A stretch of DNA of 63,313 nt from an uncultured Gammaproteobacteria bacterium (GCA_964536615.1 CAZHYG010000005.1:1-63313), one strand, 5' to 3'. Positions 20,254 through 29,431 are shown, counted from the first letter of the stretch. Translations and numbers: made by a program. The notes: generated by a model from the letters alone, not told the origin.

Positions 20254-21231
20254 CTACCGCAATAGTGTTAAAAAATCAGTTAATTCTTTTGGCAGAGGTA
20301 GTTCAAAGATTTGTTTTTGGTCTTGCAGGTCAATAAATCCAAGTTTGACTGAATGTAGAAAAAGTCTGCCCAGTTTTTCATCCCAGACACGTTTCTGTTT
20401 TTTGTGGAAATAAAGCGGATCGCCAACCAGAGGGTGGTTATAGGCAAATAGGTGAACACGAATTTGGTGCATGCGGCCTGTATGGATTTTTATTCTAAGC
20501 AGAGTGAAATTAGTAAATTGTTTTTCAATCAAAAATTCGGTTTTTGCCTCTTTTGCTCCAGGTGTGTTAATTGCGCCGGGCGGTAAAGCAGCCATTCGTT
20601 CGGCGTTTTCAGAGCGGGCGATAGGGAAGAGGATTTCGCCCCATTCGCGAGCTACTCGGCCGTGTACAAGCGCGCTATATTCTTTTTCAATTGTGCGGTT
20701 CTTAAACTGCTCTTTAAGATGGTCAAACATTTTTTGAGTCTTGGCTACAACGATAAGCCCGGATGCCTCTTTGTCTAAGCGGTGTACAATGCCGGGGCGA
20801 ATTGGATCATCTCCGATTTTTTTGATGCGCGGGTATTTTTTGATAATAAAATCAACCAAGGTATTTTTTTCTTTAGCCATGGTTGGGTGTGTGAGCATGC
20901 CGATAGGTTTATTAAGAACCATATAATCGGCAGTATCGGCAATAACGGTTACCGGAGGGGTTTTTGCAGTAGTTTTTTTAGCAGTGGTGTTGGGTGTTTT
21001 TGGATTGGCTGTGGATTTTAGGGAAGCTTGATTGTTTAAGAAAGTAATAATATCTCCAACCTGTATGCGTTGAGCAGGTTTGGTGGTGTGGTTTTTATTT
21101 ATCAAAACATTGCCCTGTTCAATGGTTTTTTGGGCCTGTGAGCGGCTTATGCCGAGTAATACAGATAGCGCGATATCAAGTCGTTGTCCGGACTGCTCCC
21201 CGGTAATTGTAATTTTTTTTATTGCAGGCAT
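20254..21231 (-). CDS. RluA-family 23S rRNA pseudouridine synthase (RluD-like, S4 domain)
   Basis: 325 aa with an S4-like N-terminus. The catalytic motif is GIVHRLDKEASGLIVVAKT, and GRMHQIRVHL is present. Confidence 0.9.
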   Translation of the reverse strand: MPAIKKITITGEQSGQRLDIALSVLLGISRSQAQKTIEQGNVLINKNHTTKPAQRIQVGDIITFLNNQASLKSTANPKTPNTTAKKTTAKTPPVTVIADTADYMVLNKPIGMLTHPTMAKEKNTLVDFIIKKYPRIKKIGDDPIRPGIVHRLDKEASGLIVVAKTQKMFDHLKEQFKNRTIEKEYSALVHGRVAREWGEILFPIARSENAERMAALPPGAINTPGAKEAKTEFLIEKQFTNFTLLRIKIHTGRMHQIRVHLFAYNHPLVGDPLYFHKKQKRVWDEKLGRLFLHSVKLGFIDLQDQKQIFELPLPKELTDFLTLLR

Positions 21232-21232
21232 G

Positions 21233-21487
21233 TTAGATTTTTGGTTTAAAATTTTGATTTGTTTTTGGCAGGGTTTTTGTTTCAGGGTTTGTGCTGCGAT
21301 TTTTTATAGCGCGGCTAATACTGCTAAAAATTTTACCCGATCGTTCGTTTTGTGCGGTATGGCTAACACTGTCCCCAAACTGGCGAAAGGCAGAGGTTCT
21401 GCCGGTTTGCCTGGCAATGCTGGTGATGCCAGATGGTTTGTTTGGCGATTTTGGTATGCGCAGCGGAGATGTGCTTAAGTTGAGCAT
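21233..21487 (-). CDS. hypothetical small basic protein (doubtful)
   Basis: 84-aa S/T/P/K/R-rich ORF. Its stop lies 1 nt from the rluD-like start and it follows tRNA-Ile on the same strand. It has no SD and no recognisable motif. Confidence 0.3.
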   Translation of the reverse strand: MLNLSTSPLRIPKSPNKPSGITSIARQTGRTSAFRQFGDSVSHTAQNERSGKIFSSISRAIKNRSTNPETKTLPKTNQNFKPKI

Positions 21488-21520
21488 AAATTATATGTAA
21501 GTAACGCTGATTATGCGGAG

Positions 21521-21596
21521 TGGTGCGCCCGGATGGATTTGAACCGTCGACCCCCGCCTTATAAGGGCGGTGCTCTAACCGCTGAGCTACGGGCGC
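21521..21596 (-). tRNA. tRNA-Ile (anticodon UAU), CCA encoded
   Basis: The reverse complement is GCGCCCG-TA-GCTC-AGCGGTTA-GAGC-A-CCGCC-CTTATAA-GGCGG-GGGTC-GACGG-TTCAAAT-CCATC-CGGGCGC-ACCA. This is a 76-nt cloverleaf with one C-A mismatch in the T stem. The anticodon is TAT. Confidence 0.8.
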
Positions 21597-21695
21597 TCAA
21601 CAATAAACCCAAGTATAGCATGTATGATAATAATTTCAACCCTTGTTTGGGCAGCCTTTATATTGTCAAACCACTAGTAAGTTGCTAAAATTAGG

Positions 21696-22250
21696 ATGTG
21701 TTATTGTAGTTCTATGAACGATATAAATACATCTATTTTCTTCGCAATCAATAAGCTGGTCGGCAGATCGCGATTTTTGGATAACTTTGGCCGTGCTGGG
21801 GCTGAGTGGCTTATTGTAGCTATGGGTGCCTGGTATGGAGGGGCAGTGCTGATAGCTCGCATGCCGGAAACAATTAAGGTTATCTGGCCGTTAGTATTTT
21901 TAGTGGCAGGATGGTGTGTAATGTGGCTTATCAATTTAGGTATTGCGTTTTTAGTTCGAGAATCGCGTCCATTTGTTACATATCCGCACATCAAAACATT
22001 ATTTACGCCGCTTATGGCCTGGAAATCTTTTCCTTCCGATCACGCCGCATCTGCGTTTATGATAGTTTTCTTTGCATACATATTTGATTTGCCGGGATCT
22101 TGGGCGCTTATTCCTATGGCCCTCTGGGTATGTTGGGGCAGGGTTTTCGCTGGTGCCCATTATCCGCTTGATATTGTTGGCGGCTTTACGGTTGCATTAT
22201 TTGTTAGTATGATAGCGAGGTATTTAGCAATGTTTTTACATCTAATGTAA
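21696..22250 (+). CDS. PAP2-family phosphatase (undecaprenyl-diphosphatase-like)
   Basis: 184 aa and polytopic. PAP2 motifs are present: RESRPF, PSDHAA and GRVFAGAHYPLD. ATG at 21714 (MNDINTS) is an equally plausible start, given a TTGTCA-16-TAAAAT promoter at 21664-21691. Confidence 0.8.
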   Translation: MCYCSSMNDINTSIFFAINKLVGRSRFLDNFGRAGAEWLIVAMGAWYGGAVLIARMPETIKVIWPLVFLVAGWCVMWLINLGIAFLVRESRPFVTYPHIKTLFTPLMAWKSFPSDHAASAFMIVFFAYIFDLPGSWALIPMALWVCWGRVFAGAHYPLDIVGGFTVALFVSMIARYLAMFLHLM

Positions 22251-22254
22251 TGAT

Positions 22255-22950
22255 ATGAATGCAGTTATTTTATGCGGAGGGCTTTCAACTCGGTTGGGTG
22301 AAATTACAAAAACTGTGCCAAAAGTATTATTGGAAATAAAAGGCAGGACAGTCTTAGATTGGCAGCTGGAAAAATTAAAAAAAATTGGCATATCGGAAGT
22401 GGTTTTAGCAGCGGGGCATTTATCTGAAGTGCTTGAAAAAACCGTGGGCATGCATAGAAATGGCGTTGATATTGTGTATGCGATAGAACAAGAGCGTTTA
22501 GGTACTGGCGGAGCAATTAAGCATGCATGGGAATATGTTTCCAAGCCCGAAGAGCCCGTCATTGTTTTAAATGGGGATGTTTTTACTGGGGTTCATTTGG
22601 AAGATATGGCTCGATATGTGTCGCCGGCAAGTGATGGTATGATTTTGGGTGTGCGAGTTGATGATGCTTCCAGCTACGGCACATTGGAATATGACGCAAA
22701 ATTTCATCTGAAGAGTTTTAAAGAAAAAGAAGGCAAAAAAGAACCGGGGTATATCAATGGCGGCATATATATATTTAATACGTCTGCTAAACAATATTTT
22801 CCCCATAAACAATCGTTTAGCATTGAGTATGATGTATTTCCGCAGATGAAGAATTTATATGTATTTGAATCAAATGATCCATGGGTTGATATTGGTGTGC
22901 CAGACAGATTGGAATGGGCGCGAAAAAATTGGAGTGAGCGCGATGTTTAA
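22255..22950 (+). CDS. sugar-1-phosphate nucleotidyltransferase (NTP_transferase family)
   Basis: 231 aa. It has ILCGGLSTRLG and GTGGAI. The specificity cannot be told from the sequence. Confidence 0.85.
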   Translation: MNAVILCGGLSTRLGEITKTVPKVLLEIKGRTVLDWQLEKLKKIGISEVVLAAGHLSEVLEKTVGMHRNGVDIVYAIEQERLGTGGAIKHAWEYVSKPEEPVIVLNGDVFTGVHLEDMARYVSPASDGMILGVRVDDASSYGTLEYDAKFHLKSFKEKEGKKEPGYINGGIYIFNTSAKQYFPHKQSFSIEYDVFPQMKNLYVFESNDPWVDIGVPDRLEWARKNWSERDV

Positions 22951-22955
22951 TTTTC

Positions 22956-23795
22956 ATGTCTTTTAATCAAAAAACAATATATTTTTCCGTGCTTGTAATT
23001 ATGGCAGCCATAGTCGGCAGTGCTGTTTTTTTTAAAAAAAATACACGCACTCCTGCGCCGATGCTGTTAAAGCCGGAAGTAACGCTTACATTTATTCCTG
23101 GATGGGATTTGCGAGAAGTGGCTGAATATATAGTGCAAAAAGGCTTCGCTTCCAGTACGGAAGATGTATATCGGCTTACGGGTTATCCTGCCTATGATTA
23201 TCGTGTAACGGCCGCCACACTACCTCGTGTCGGAACCGGAGCAATTGTGTCTGATAAGCCGGGGCATGCTTCGTATGAAGGATATTTGGCGCCGGAAACG
23301 TATCGTTTCTTTGCTGATGCTAGTGTTGAAGATATTATACGCAAATTAGTTGATCAACGAGATGGTGAGATAAGCGAACAAATAAGAGCTGACATAAAAC
23401 GCAGCAACCATTCCGTGCATGAGATTATTATTATGGCAAGTATTTTGGAAAAAGAAGTGCAAAAACCGGAGGATAAGGCCAAGGTGTCAGATATTTTATG
23501 GCGGCGTCTTGAAAAGAATTGGGCGCTGCAAGTGGATTCAAGCGTGCATTATATTGTAGACCGATCCGGAGATGTGTTTACGCGTGAAAAAGAGCGGCAG
23601 ATTGATTCGCCATGGAATACATATAAATATCCGGGTCTGCCGCTTGGTCCAATTTCTAACCCCGGAGTCGCTTCAATAAAAGCCGCGGTGTATCCAGAAA
23701 AAAATTCATACTGGTATTTTTTAACAGGCAAAGACGGCACAGTGCATTATGCGCAAACACTTGAGCAGCACGCAGCTAATAAAAAATATTTATAA
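22956..23795 (+). CDS. mltG: endolytic murein transglycosylase MltG (YceG-like)
   Basis: 279 aa with an N-terminal TM. YceG motifs: EGYLAPETY, ASILEKE and NTYKYPGLPLGPISNPG. Confidence 0.85.
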   Translation: MSFNQKTIYFSVLVIMAAIVGSAVFFKKNTRTPAPMLLKPEVTLTFIPGWDLREVAEYIVQKGFASSTEDVYRLTGYPAYDYRVTAATLPRVGTGAIVSDKPGHASYEGYLAPETYRFFADASVEDIIRKLVDQRDGEISEQIRADIKRSNHSVHEIIIMASILEKEVQKPEDKAKVSDILWRRLEKNWALQVDSSVHYIVDRSGDVFTREKERQIDSPWNTYKYPGLPLGPISNPGVASIKAAVYPEKNSYWYFLTGKDGTVHYAQTLEQHAANKKYL

Positions 23796-23796
23796 T

Positions 23797-24891
23797 ATGC
23801 ACACAACTGACTTTGATTACTATTTGCCGAAAGAATTGATTGCTCAAATGCCAGCTGAGCCGCGCGACAGCTCTCGTTTAATGGTTGTAAATAGGCAGAA
23901 AAAAAATATTATTCACCATCATTTTTCAGATATTGTAAATTTTTTACAAGCTGGAGATTTGTTGGTGTGGAATAATACCAAGGTGTTTAAGGCGCGCTTG
24001 AAAGGGAAGATAATGTTGGACGAGCAGATTATTAAGCCGCAGATTGATGTGCCTATATCCGATAAAATTTTAAATGTTGCTCCGGTTGAGATTTTTTTGG
24101 TAAAGCCGATGGAAAACAACACGGTGTGGAAAGTGCTGGCCAAGCCGGGGCGCAAGCTTCGTTTGGGCATGAAGGTGGTGTTTGCCAAAGATTTTGAAGC
24201 CGAAGTGATTTTGAAAGAAAATGACGGAACATATCTAATTCAGTTTGCCGAAGATGATATGTCGGTGCGAGCTAAAGCCAATAAATATGGCGAAGTGCCA
24301 ACACCCCCATACATCGAACAGGCTCAAGAACAGACCGATGTTGTGGATCGGTATCAGACTGTATATGCAAAAGAGGAAGGGTCTGTGGCTGCGCCAACCG
24401 CTGGGTTTCATTTTACACCCGAACTAATTGAAGCGTTAAAACAAAAAGGAGTAGAGTTTGCCGAAGTTACATTGCATGTGGGGCTCGGTACGTTTTTGCC
24501 GGTAAAAACAGATGTTATTGAAGATCATAAAATGCACAGTGAGTGGGTTGAGATTACTGCAAAAAATGCGGATGTGATCAATCAGGCAAAATCTGAAGGC
24601 AGGCGAGTTGTGGCGGTGGGTACAACTACCGTGCGAGTGTTGGAAGGGGTTGTAAAAACAGAAGGGCTGCTGCGTCCATATGCAGGTGATATAAATATTT
24701 TTATTTACCCCGGTTTTGAGTTTAAGATAGTGGATGCTTTAATTACCAATTTTCATTTACCAAAATCAACATTATTAATGCTTGTATCCGCATTTGCTGG
24801 AGACAGAGAGTTTGTATTACAATGCTACCAAAAGGCGGTAGAAGAAAAATATAGATTCTTTAGTTTTGGAGATGCGATGCTAATTTTTTAA
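23797..24891 (+). CDS. queA: S-adenosylmethionine:tRNA ribosyltransferase-isomerase
   Basis: The start was moved to MHTTDFDYYLPKELIAQ (the canonical QueA N-terminus). This avoids overlap with mltG. TAGFHFT and FFSFGDAML are present. Confidence 0.9.
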   Translation: MHTTDFDYYLPKELIAQMPAEPRDSSRLMVVNRQKKNIIHHHFSDIVNFLQAGDLLVWNNTKVFKARLKGKIMLDEQIIKPQIDVPISDKILNVAPVEIFLVKPMENNTVWKVLAKPGRKLRLGMKVVFAKDFEAEVILKENDGTYLIQFAEDDMSVRAKANKYGEVPTPPYIEQAQEQTDVVDRYQTVYAKEEGSVAAPTAGFHFTPELIEALKQKGVEFAEVTLHVGLGTFLPVKTDVIEDHKMHSEWVEITAKNADVINQAKSEGRRVVAVGTTTVRVLEGVVKTEGLLRPYAGDINIFIYPGFEFKIVDALITNFHLPKSTLLMLVSAFAGDREFVLQCYQKAVEEKYRFFSFGDAMLIF

Positions 24892-24894
24892 TAT

Positions 24895-25395
24895 ATGACA
24901 AAATCAGAACGAGGAGAGGTAGTTTTTGACATAGAGAGCCAAAATATTTCCGAGCAAGACCGCATAACAATAAAATCCCTTGTTGAGCTTAGAAACATCG
25001 TTAAAAATGGCTGGCCAGATGAAACAGAGATTCAGCCCCAAGAAGTTTTGGTGGCAGAGCAGGCGGTTGATAGGTTTTTGGCTGGCCAGGGACGCGAAGC
25101 ATGGATGCGGCAAAAGCTGGATGCGTTAAGCCCAGAGCAGCGCACGCGAGTGGTGCGGCGATTTGTGTACAGTTTGACTGGGCAAGGCAAGCCAGAAAAA
25201 GCTGTACAGTTAAATAAGTACGAGTTAAATCAAAAAGAAACAGATTTAAATATAGTGCTTATGGCACTGTGCTATGAGCAAAAAGAGTCGTTTGAAAAGG
25301 CTGCTGAATTGCTTAATCAAGTGTCAGATGATGAATTGCGCGAAGATATGCTTAAAATTATTCAGCAGAATAAAAATTATCGCCTTGTTAATTAG
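24895..25395 (+). CDS. hypothetical protein
   Basis: 166-aa ORF, tightly packed after queA and followed by a terminator. No motif recognised. Confidence 0.55.
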   Translation: MTKSERGEVVFDIESQNISEQDRITIKSLVELRNIVKNGWPDETEIQPQEVLVAEQAVDRFLAGQGREAWMRQKLDALSPEQRTRVVRRFVYSLTGQGKPEKAVQLNKYELNQKETDLNIVLMALCYEQKESFEKAAELLNQVSDDELREDMLKIIQQNKNYRLVN

Positions 25396-25411
25396 TTTAT
25401 GCCAGTAAAAC

Positions 25412-25440
25412 AAAAAAGCTCCCTAATCGGAGCTTTTTTG
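25412..25440. terminator. bidirectional terminator
   Basis: AAAAAAGCTCC-CTAATC-GGAGCTTTTTT. Confidence 0.65.
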
Positions 25441-25452
25441 TTTTTAATATTT

Positions 25453-25878
25453 TTAGCCTTCGATGGTAACACCCATATTTCTGGCAGTGCCTTCCACCAT
25501 TTTCATCGCCGCTTCAACAGTGTGGGCGTTAAGGTCAGGCATTTTCTTTTCCGCAATTTCTCTCACCTGAGCTTTGGTCAATTTGCCAACTTTATCTTGC
25601 AATGGCTTTGAAGAGCCTTTGGAGATTTTGGCTGCTTTTTTGATAAGCTCTGGAACCGGAGCGGTTTTCATGATGAAATCAAATGTGCGGTCAGCGTATA
25701 CGGAAATAACAATTGGCACAACTTCACCTTTTTTATCTTGAGTTTTGTCATTAAACTCCTTGCAGAAAGCTTGGATGTTTAAGCTGTGCTGGCCAAGCGC
25801 TGGGCCAACTGGTGGCGCTGGATTTGCAGCTCCTCCGACAATCTGTAACTTGATTTGTGTGACTAATTTTTTAGCCAT
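25453..25878 (-). CDS. rplK: 50S ribosomal protein L11
   Basis: 141 aa. [34 protein letters not shown] is canonical uL11. Confidence 0.95.
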   Translation of the reverse strand: MAKKLVTQIKLQIVGGAANPAPPVGPALGQHSLNIQAFCKEFNDKTQDKKGEVVPIVISVYADRTFDFIMKTAPVPELIKKAAKISKGSSKPLQDKVGKLTKAQVREIAEKKMPDLNAHTVEAAMKMVEGTARNMGVTIEG

Positions 25879-25943
25879 ATATATGTATTATATTCTAGAC
25901 AGAGAAGCTCCCAATAATCGGGACAGTCTAGTGAATTAATAAA

Positions 25944-26489
25944 TTAACTCTTTTTAACCTGCATTGCATCCAGCTCAACCGGCGTTTCGCGTCCAAACAT
26001 GGTGATAAGAACTTTGATTTTGCCGCGTTCTTGATCAACATTGTTTATCTTACCTTCAAAATTCTTGAATGGTCCGTCATTGATGCGTACGGTGTCGCCA
26101 ACTTCCATATCAATTTTGTGCTGAGGCTCGGTGGCGGACATGCGTCGCAGCAACGAGTCAACCTCGGATTGGTCAATTGGAGTAGGGGTAGTACCAGAAC
26201 CAACAAAGCCGGTAACATTTGGAGTGTTGCGCACAACATACCAAGAATCATCGGTAACAATCATTTCTACCAGCACGTATCCTGGAAATATTTTTTCTTC
26301 CACCACAGAACGTTTGCTGTTTTTAATTTTAATCTTTTTTTCTTTTGGAACCAAAACACTAAAAATCTTATCTTGCATGGCAAAAGATTCAATACGTTGT
26401 TCCAAATTGCTTTTTACATTTTCTTCGTAACCGCTGTACGTGTGGAGCACATACCAGCGTCTGCCTAAATTAAGTGTCTGTTTTGCCAT
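25944..26489 (-). CDS. nusG: transcription termination/antitermination protein NusG
   Basis: 181 aa. It has the WYVLHTYSGYE NGN domain and a C-terminal KOW (GDTVRINDGPFKNFEGKI). The secE-nusG-rplK order is conserved. Confidence 0.95.
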   Translation of the reverse strand: MAKQTLNLGRRWYVLHTYSGYEENVKSNLEQRIESFAMQDKIFSVLVPKEKKIKIKNSKRSVVEEKIFPGYVLVEMIVTDDSWYVVRNTPNVTGFVGSGTTPTPIDQSEVDSLLRRMSATEPQHKIDMEVGDTVRINDGPFKNFEGKINNVDQERGKIKVLITMFGRETPVELDAMQVKKS

Positions 26490-26524
26490 ACGAGAATGAG
26501 TTTATATGGGCTTTAGCCCTTGTG

Positions 26525-26713
26525 CTATTTTAAAAATACGGAAGTAATACCCAAGTTGAAAATGTAGTCTAAAACGCCTAAAAACAAAGCCATGCCAACA
26601 CTGAGACCGATTACCAAAGCGCTATAGTTGATGGTCTGACTTTTGGTAGGCCAGGTAACTTTTCTCATTTCTTGGTATGATCCGACAAAGTAGTTTTTGA
26701 TAGCGGTAAACAT
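26525..26713 (-). CDS. secE: preprotein translocase subunit SecE
   Basis: 62 aa. It has the EMRKVTWPTK motif plus one TM, and lies upstream of nusG. Confidence 0.8.
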   Translation of the reverse strand: MFTAIKNYFVGSYQEMRKVTWPTKSQTINYSALVIGLSVGMALFLGVLDYIFNLGITSVFLK

Positions 26714-26905
26714 AATGTAATAGGTTATTTGATTTTAATCTGTAGTAGAAATCGAGGTTCGTTTAGAAGTGTTTAAGCAAGTTCTTCGCCTCGCTCGCTC
26801 GCTTGGTTTTTAAAACAGCCTTTGCGGGCTGCTTTAAATGTATATTCTAAGTATAGTTTAAATGACTGAAAAAGTCAAGTGCTTGTCCACAGGTTTTGAG
26901 CTAGT

Positions 26906-29059
26906 TTATATATCCAAATTACTGACGCTTTTGGCGTGGGTTTGGATAAAGCTTTTGCGAGGGCCAACTTCGTCACCCATAAGCACCTCAAAGACTTCAT
27001 TGGCTAGCTCGGCGTCTTCAATAGTAACCCGCTTCATCATACGGTTTTGCGGGTTCATAGTGGTTTCCCAGAGTTGTTCAGGGTTCATTTCTCCCAAACC
27101 TTTATAGCGTTGAATGTTGACCTTAACGCCATTTATTTCCAAACCTTGAATGCTATCATCTCCATTTTCTGCTTCTGCTCCAGCTTCGGTTTTTTCTTCG
27201 GATTTGGATTTCTTTGCTGTATTTTTTGCTGCTGTGCCAGGTTGTGATTTGGAGATTTCAGCAAGAATTTTTTCTTTTTCTTCATCATTATATGCGTATT
27301 TCATGTTTTTGCCGTACTTCAAACTGTATAGTGGAGGTTGGGCAATTAAGACGTGCCCGCCCGTAATTAGGGCAGGGTAGTAGCGATAGAAGAAAGTAAG
27401 AAGCAGGGTGCGGATATGCGCGCCGTCTACATCGGCATCGGTCATGATAACCAGACGGTGATAACGTAATTTTGAGATATCAAATTGTTCGCCAATGTTT
27501 GTGCCCATGGCAATGATAAGAGATTTTAATTCATTGTTTGCCAAAATTTTATCTAAGCGAGCGCGTTCCACGTTGAGCACTTTACCGCGAAGAGGCAGGA
27601 TGGCCTGGTGTTCACGGTCGCGTCCTTGTTTGGCACTGCCGCCAGCCGAGTCACCCTCTACAATGAATAGCTCAGACTCTTCAGCGTGCCGGCTGCTGCA
27701 GTCGGCCAATTTACCAGGCAAAGTAAATCCTTCCAAAGCGCCTTTGCGTAAAATGGTGTCGCGTGCCATTTTGGCAGCGTTGCGGGCGCGAGCGGACAGC
27801 AAGCATTTTTCCACAATACCTTCCGCATCTTTTGGATGTTCTTCTAAAAATACTAAAAACGCTTCGCTCATTACAGTTTCTACCGCAGCTTTTACTTCGG
27901 TGTTGCCGAGCTTGGCTTTGGTTTGACCTTCAAATTGAGGCTCGGTTACTTTTATAGAGATAATACAAACTAAACCTTCACGCACATCTTCACCAGTAAG
28001 ATTAGAATCTTTTTCTTTTAAGAATCCTTTGTTACGAGCATAGCTGTTTAGACTGCGGGTAAGAGCAGTGCGAAAACCGGCCACATGCGTGCCGCCTTCA
28101 GGATTGTAGATATTGTTGGTGAAAGCAAATAATGATTCACTAAATTCATCGCTGTATTGCAGAGCAACTTCAACTTTAACATTGTCTTGTTCTTTTTCTA
28201 TATAAAAAACATTTTCATTTTTTACTTCTTTATTTTGATTGAGGTGTCGAACGTATGAAGCGACGCCGCCTTCAAAGTAAAAACTGTATGTTGGGTTTGG
28301 AAACGCGATAGCGGTCTTATCCTGGGCTTTTTCTTCGCCTTCACGTTTATCGGTAATGGAAATACGAATACCTTTGGAAAGGTAGGCTTGTTGGCGGATG
28401 TGGTCTATAATTGTTTTCCAATCATAATCGATAGTTTCAAAAATTGTGTCATCAGCACGAAAAGTAATGGTAGTGCCGGTGTCTTTACATGTGCCAACTT
28501 CTTTGGCTTTTTTTACCGGTTTGCCCCCATCTCTAAATTCTTGAACCCAGATTTTTCCATCGCGATGCACCTCCGCTTTGGTGTGAGTGGATAGCGCGTT
28601 TACAACCGAAACACCCACGCCGTGCAAACCGCCTGATACTTTATAACTTCCGGAATCAAATTTACCGCCGGCGTGCAGTTTGGTCATTACCACTTCAAGA
28701 GCGCTAACGCCCATTTGCGGATGAATGTCAACGGGAATACCGCGGCCATTATCTTTTACTTCTATATAATGATCGGGGAGCAGAGCAATATCTATTTGGT
28801 TACAAAAACCAGCCATGGATTCATCTATGGAGTTGTCTACCACTTCCCAAATAAGGTGGTGTAAGCCAACTGGTCCGGTTGAACCGATGTACATGCCCGG
28901 ACGGCGGCGAACAGCTTCTAAACCTTCCAGAACAGTAATACTTTGTGCGCTATAAGCTCCGGTTGGTTTATCAGATACTTTTGCTTTGGTTTTTACAGGC
29001 GCTGGTTTTTCTTCTGGTGCTGTTTCAATCCTCCCTTTTTCAACTTTTTTGGTGGGCAT
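26906..29059 (-). CDS. gyrB: DNA gyrase subunit B
   Basis: 717 aa. Motifs: LEGLEAVRRRPGMYIG, GGLHGVG, the Toprim EGDSAGG and PLRGKVLNVE. About 35 aa of K/E/P-rich N-terminal extension. Confidence 0.95.
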   Translation of the reverse strand: MPTKKVEKGRIETAPEEKPAPVKTKAKVSDKPTGAYSAQSITVLEGLEAVRRRPGMYIGSTGPVGLHHLIWEVVDNSIDESMAGFCNQIDIALLPDHYIEVKDNGRGIPVDIHPQMGVSALEVVMTKLHAGGKFDSGSYKVSGGLHGVGVSVVNALSTHTKAEVHRDGKIWVQEFRDGGKPVKKAKEVGTCKDTGTTITFRADDTIFETIDYDWKTIIDHIRQQAYLSKGIRISITDKREGEEKAQDKTAIAFPNPTYSFYFEGGVASYVRHLNQNKEVKNENVFYIEKEQDNVKVEVALQYSDEFSESLFAFTNNIYNPEGGTHVAGFRTALTRSLNSYARNKGFLKEKDSNLTGEDVREGLVCIISIKVTEPQFEGQTKAKLGNTEVKAAVETVMSEAFLVFLEEHPKDAEGIVEKCLLSARARNAAKMARDTILRKGALEGFTLPGKLADCSSRHAEESELFIVEGDSAGGSAKQGRDREHQAILPLRGKVLNVERARLDKILANNELKSLIIAMGTNIGEQFDISKLRYHRLVIMTDADVDGAHIRTLLLTFFYRYYPALITGGHVLIAQPPLYSLKYGKNMKYAYNDEEKEKILAEISKSQPGTAAKNTAKKSKSEEKTEAGAEAENGDDSIQGLEINGVKVNIQRYKGLGEMNPEQLWETTMNPQNRMMKRVTIEDAELANEVFEVLMGDEVGPRKSFIQTHAKSVSNLDI

Positions 29060-29192
29060 ACGATGTTAGGTTATAAAACAAATCTGTTTAATTTTATAAA
29101 AATTTCATGTATAGTATTTTATCATAGTACCATGCGCAGGGCAAGAGAAAATACTCTGCGCTGGCGCACCTGTCAACTCTAGGGAGGGAGAA

Positions 29193-29306
29193 ATGGAGTT
29201 CGCGCTTGAATTGTGCGCGGTGGTTGGTGCAGGGCCGTTGTGCCTGTACCTGGTGATTGTTCTTTATGTTCGGCTTTGGCCGAGGAAGGAGTCCGAAAAC
29301 GTCTAG
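29193..29306 (+). CDS. candidate 37-aa hydrophobic peptide (MEFALELCAVVGAGPLCLYLVIVLYVRLWPRKESENV)
   Basis: It is below the ORF-track cutoff and was found by hand. The SD AGGGAGGGAG ends 2 nt before the ATG. It has a single TM-like core, lies in a GC-rich patch, and is followed by a hairpin terminator. An ncRNA alternative is not excluded. Confidence 0.4.
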   Translation: MEFALELCAVVGAGPLCLYLVIVLYVRLWPRKESENV

Positions 29307-29324
29307 GCGTACGCCTGGCGGGGC

Positions 29325-29365
29325 GGCCGGTGCACGCATAAGAGGGGCGCCGGCCTTTGTTGTTT
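29325..29365 (+). terminator. rho-independent terminator
   Basis: Stem GGCCGGTGC / GCGCCGGCC (one G-U pair), a 13-nt loop, then TTTGTTGTTT. Confidence 0.55.
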
Positions 29366-29402
29366 ATAGAGCCAAAAAAATGTTTACAGAGATGCAAAGT
29401 TA

Positions 29403-29431
29403 TTGACAAAATCACGTAAGTATAGTAACCT
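29403..29431 (+). promoter_or_regulatory. putative promoter TTGACA-17-TAACCT
   Basis: It sits in the same TTATTGACAAAAT context as the rnpB promoter. The -10 element is weak. Confidence 0.4.

Noticed and set aside
21080-21478. 132-aa plus-strand ORF
   Set aside because: It overlaps the 5' end of the pseudouridine synthase gene on the opposite strand. It has no SD or motif.
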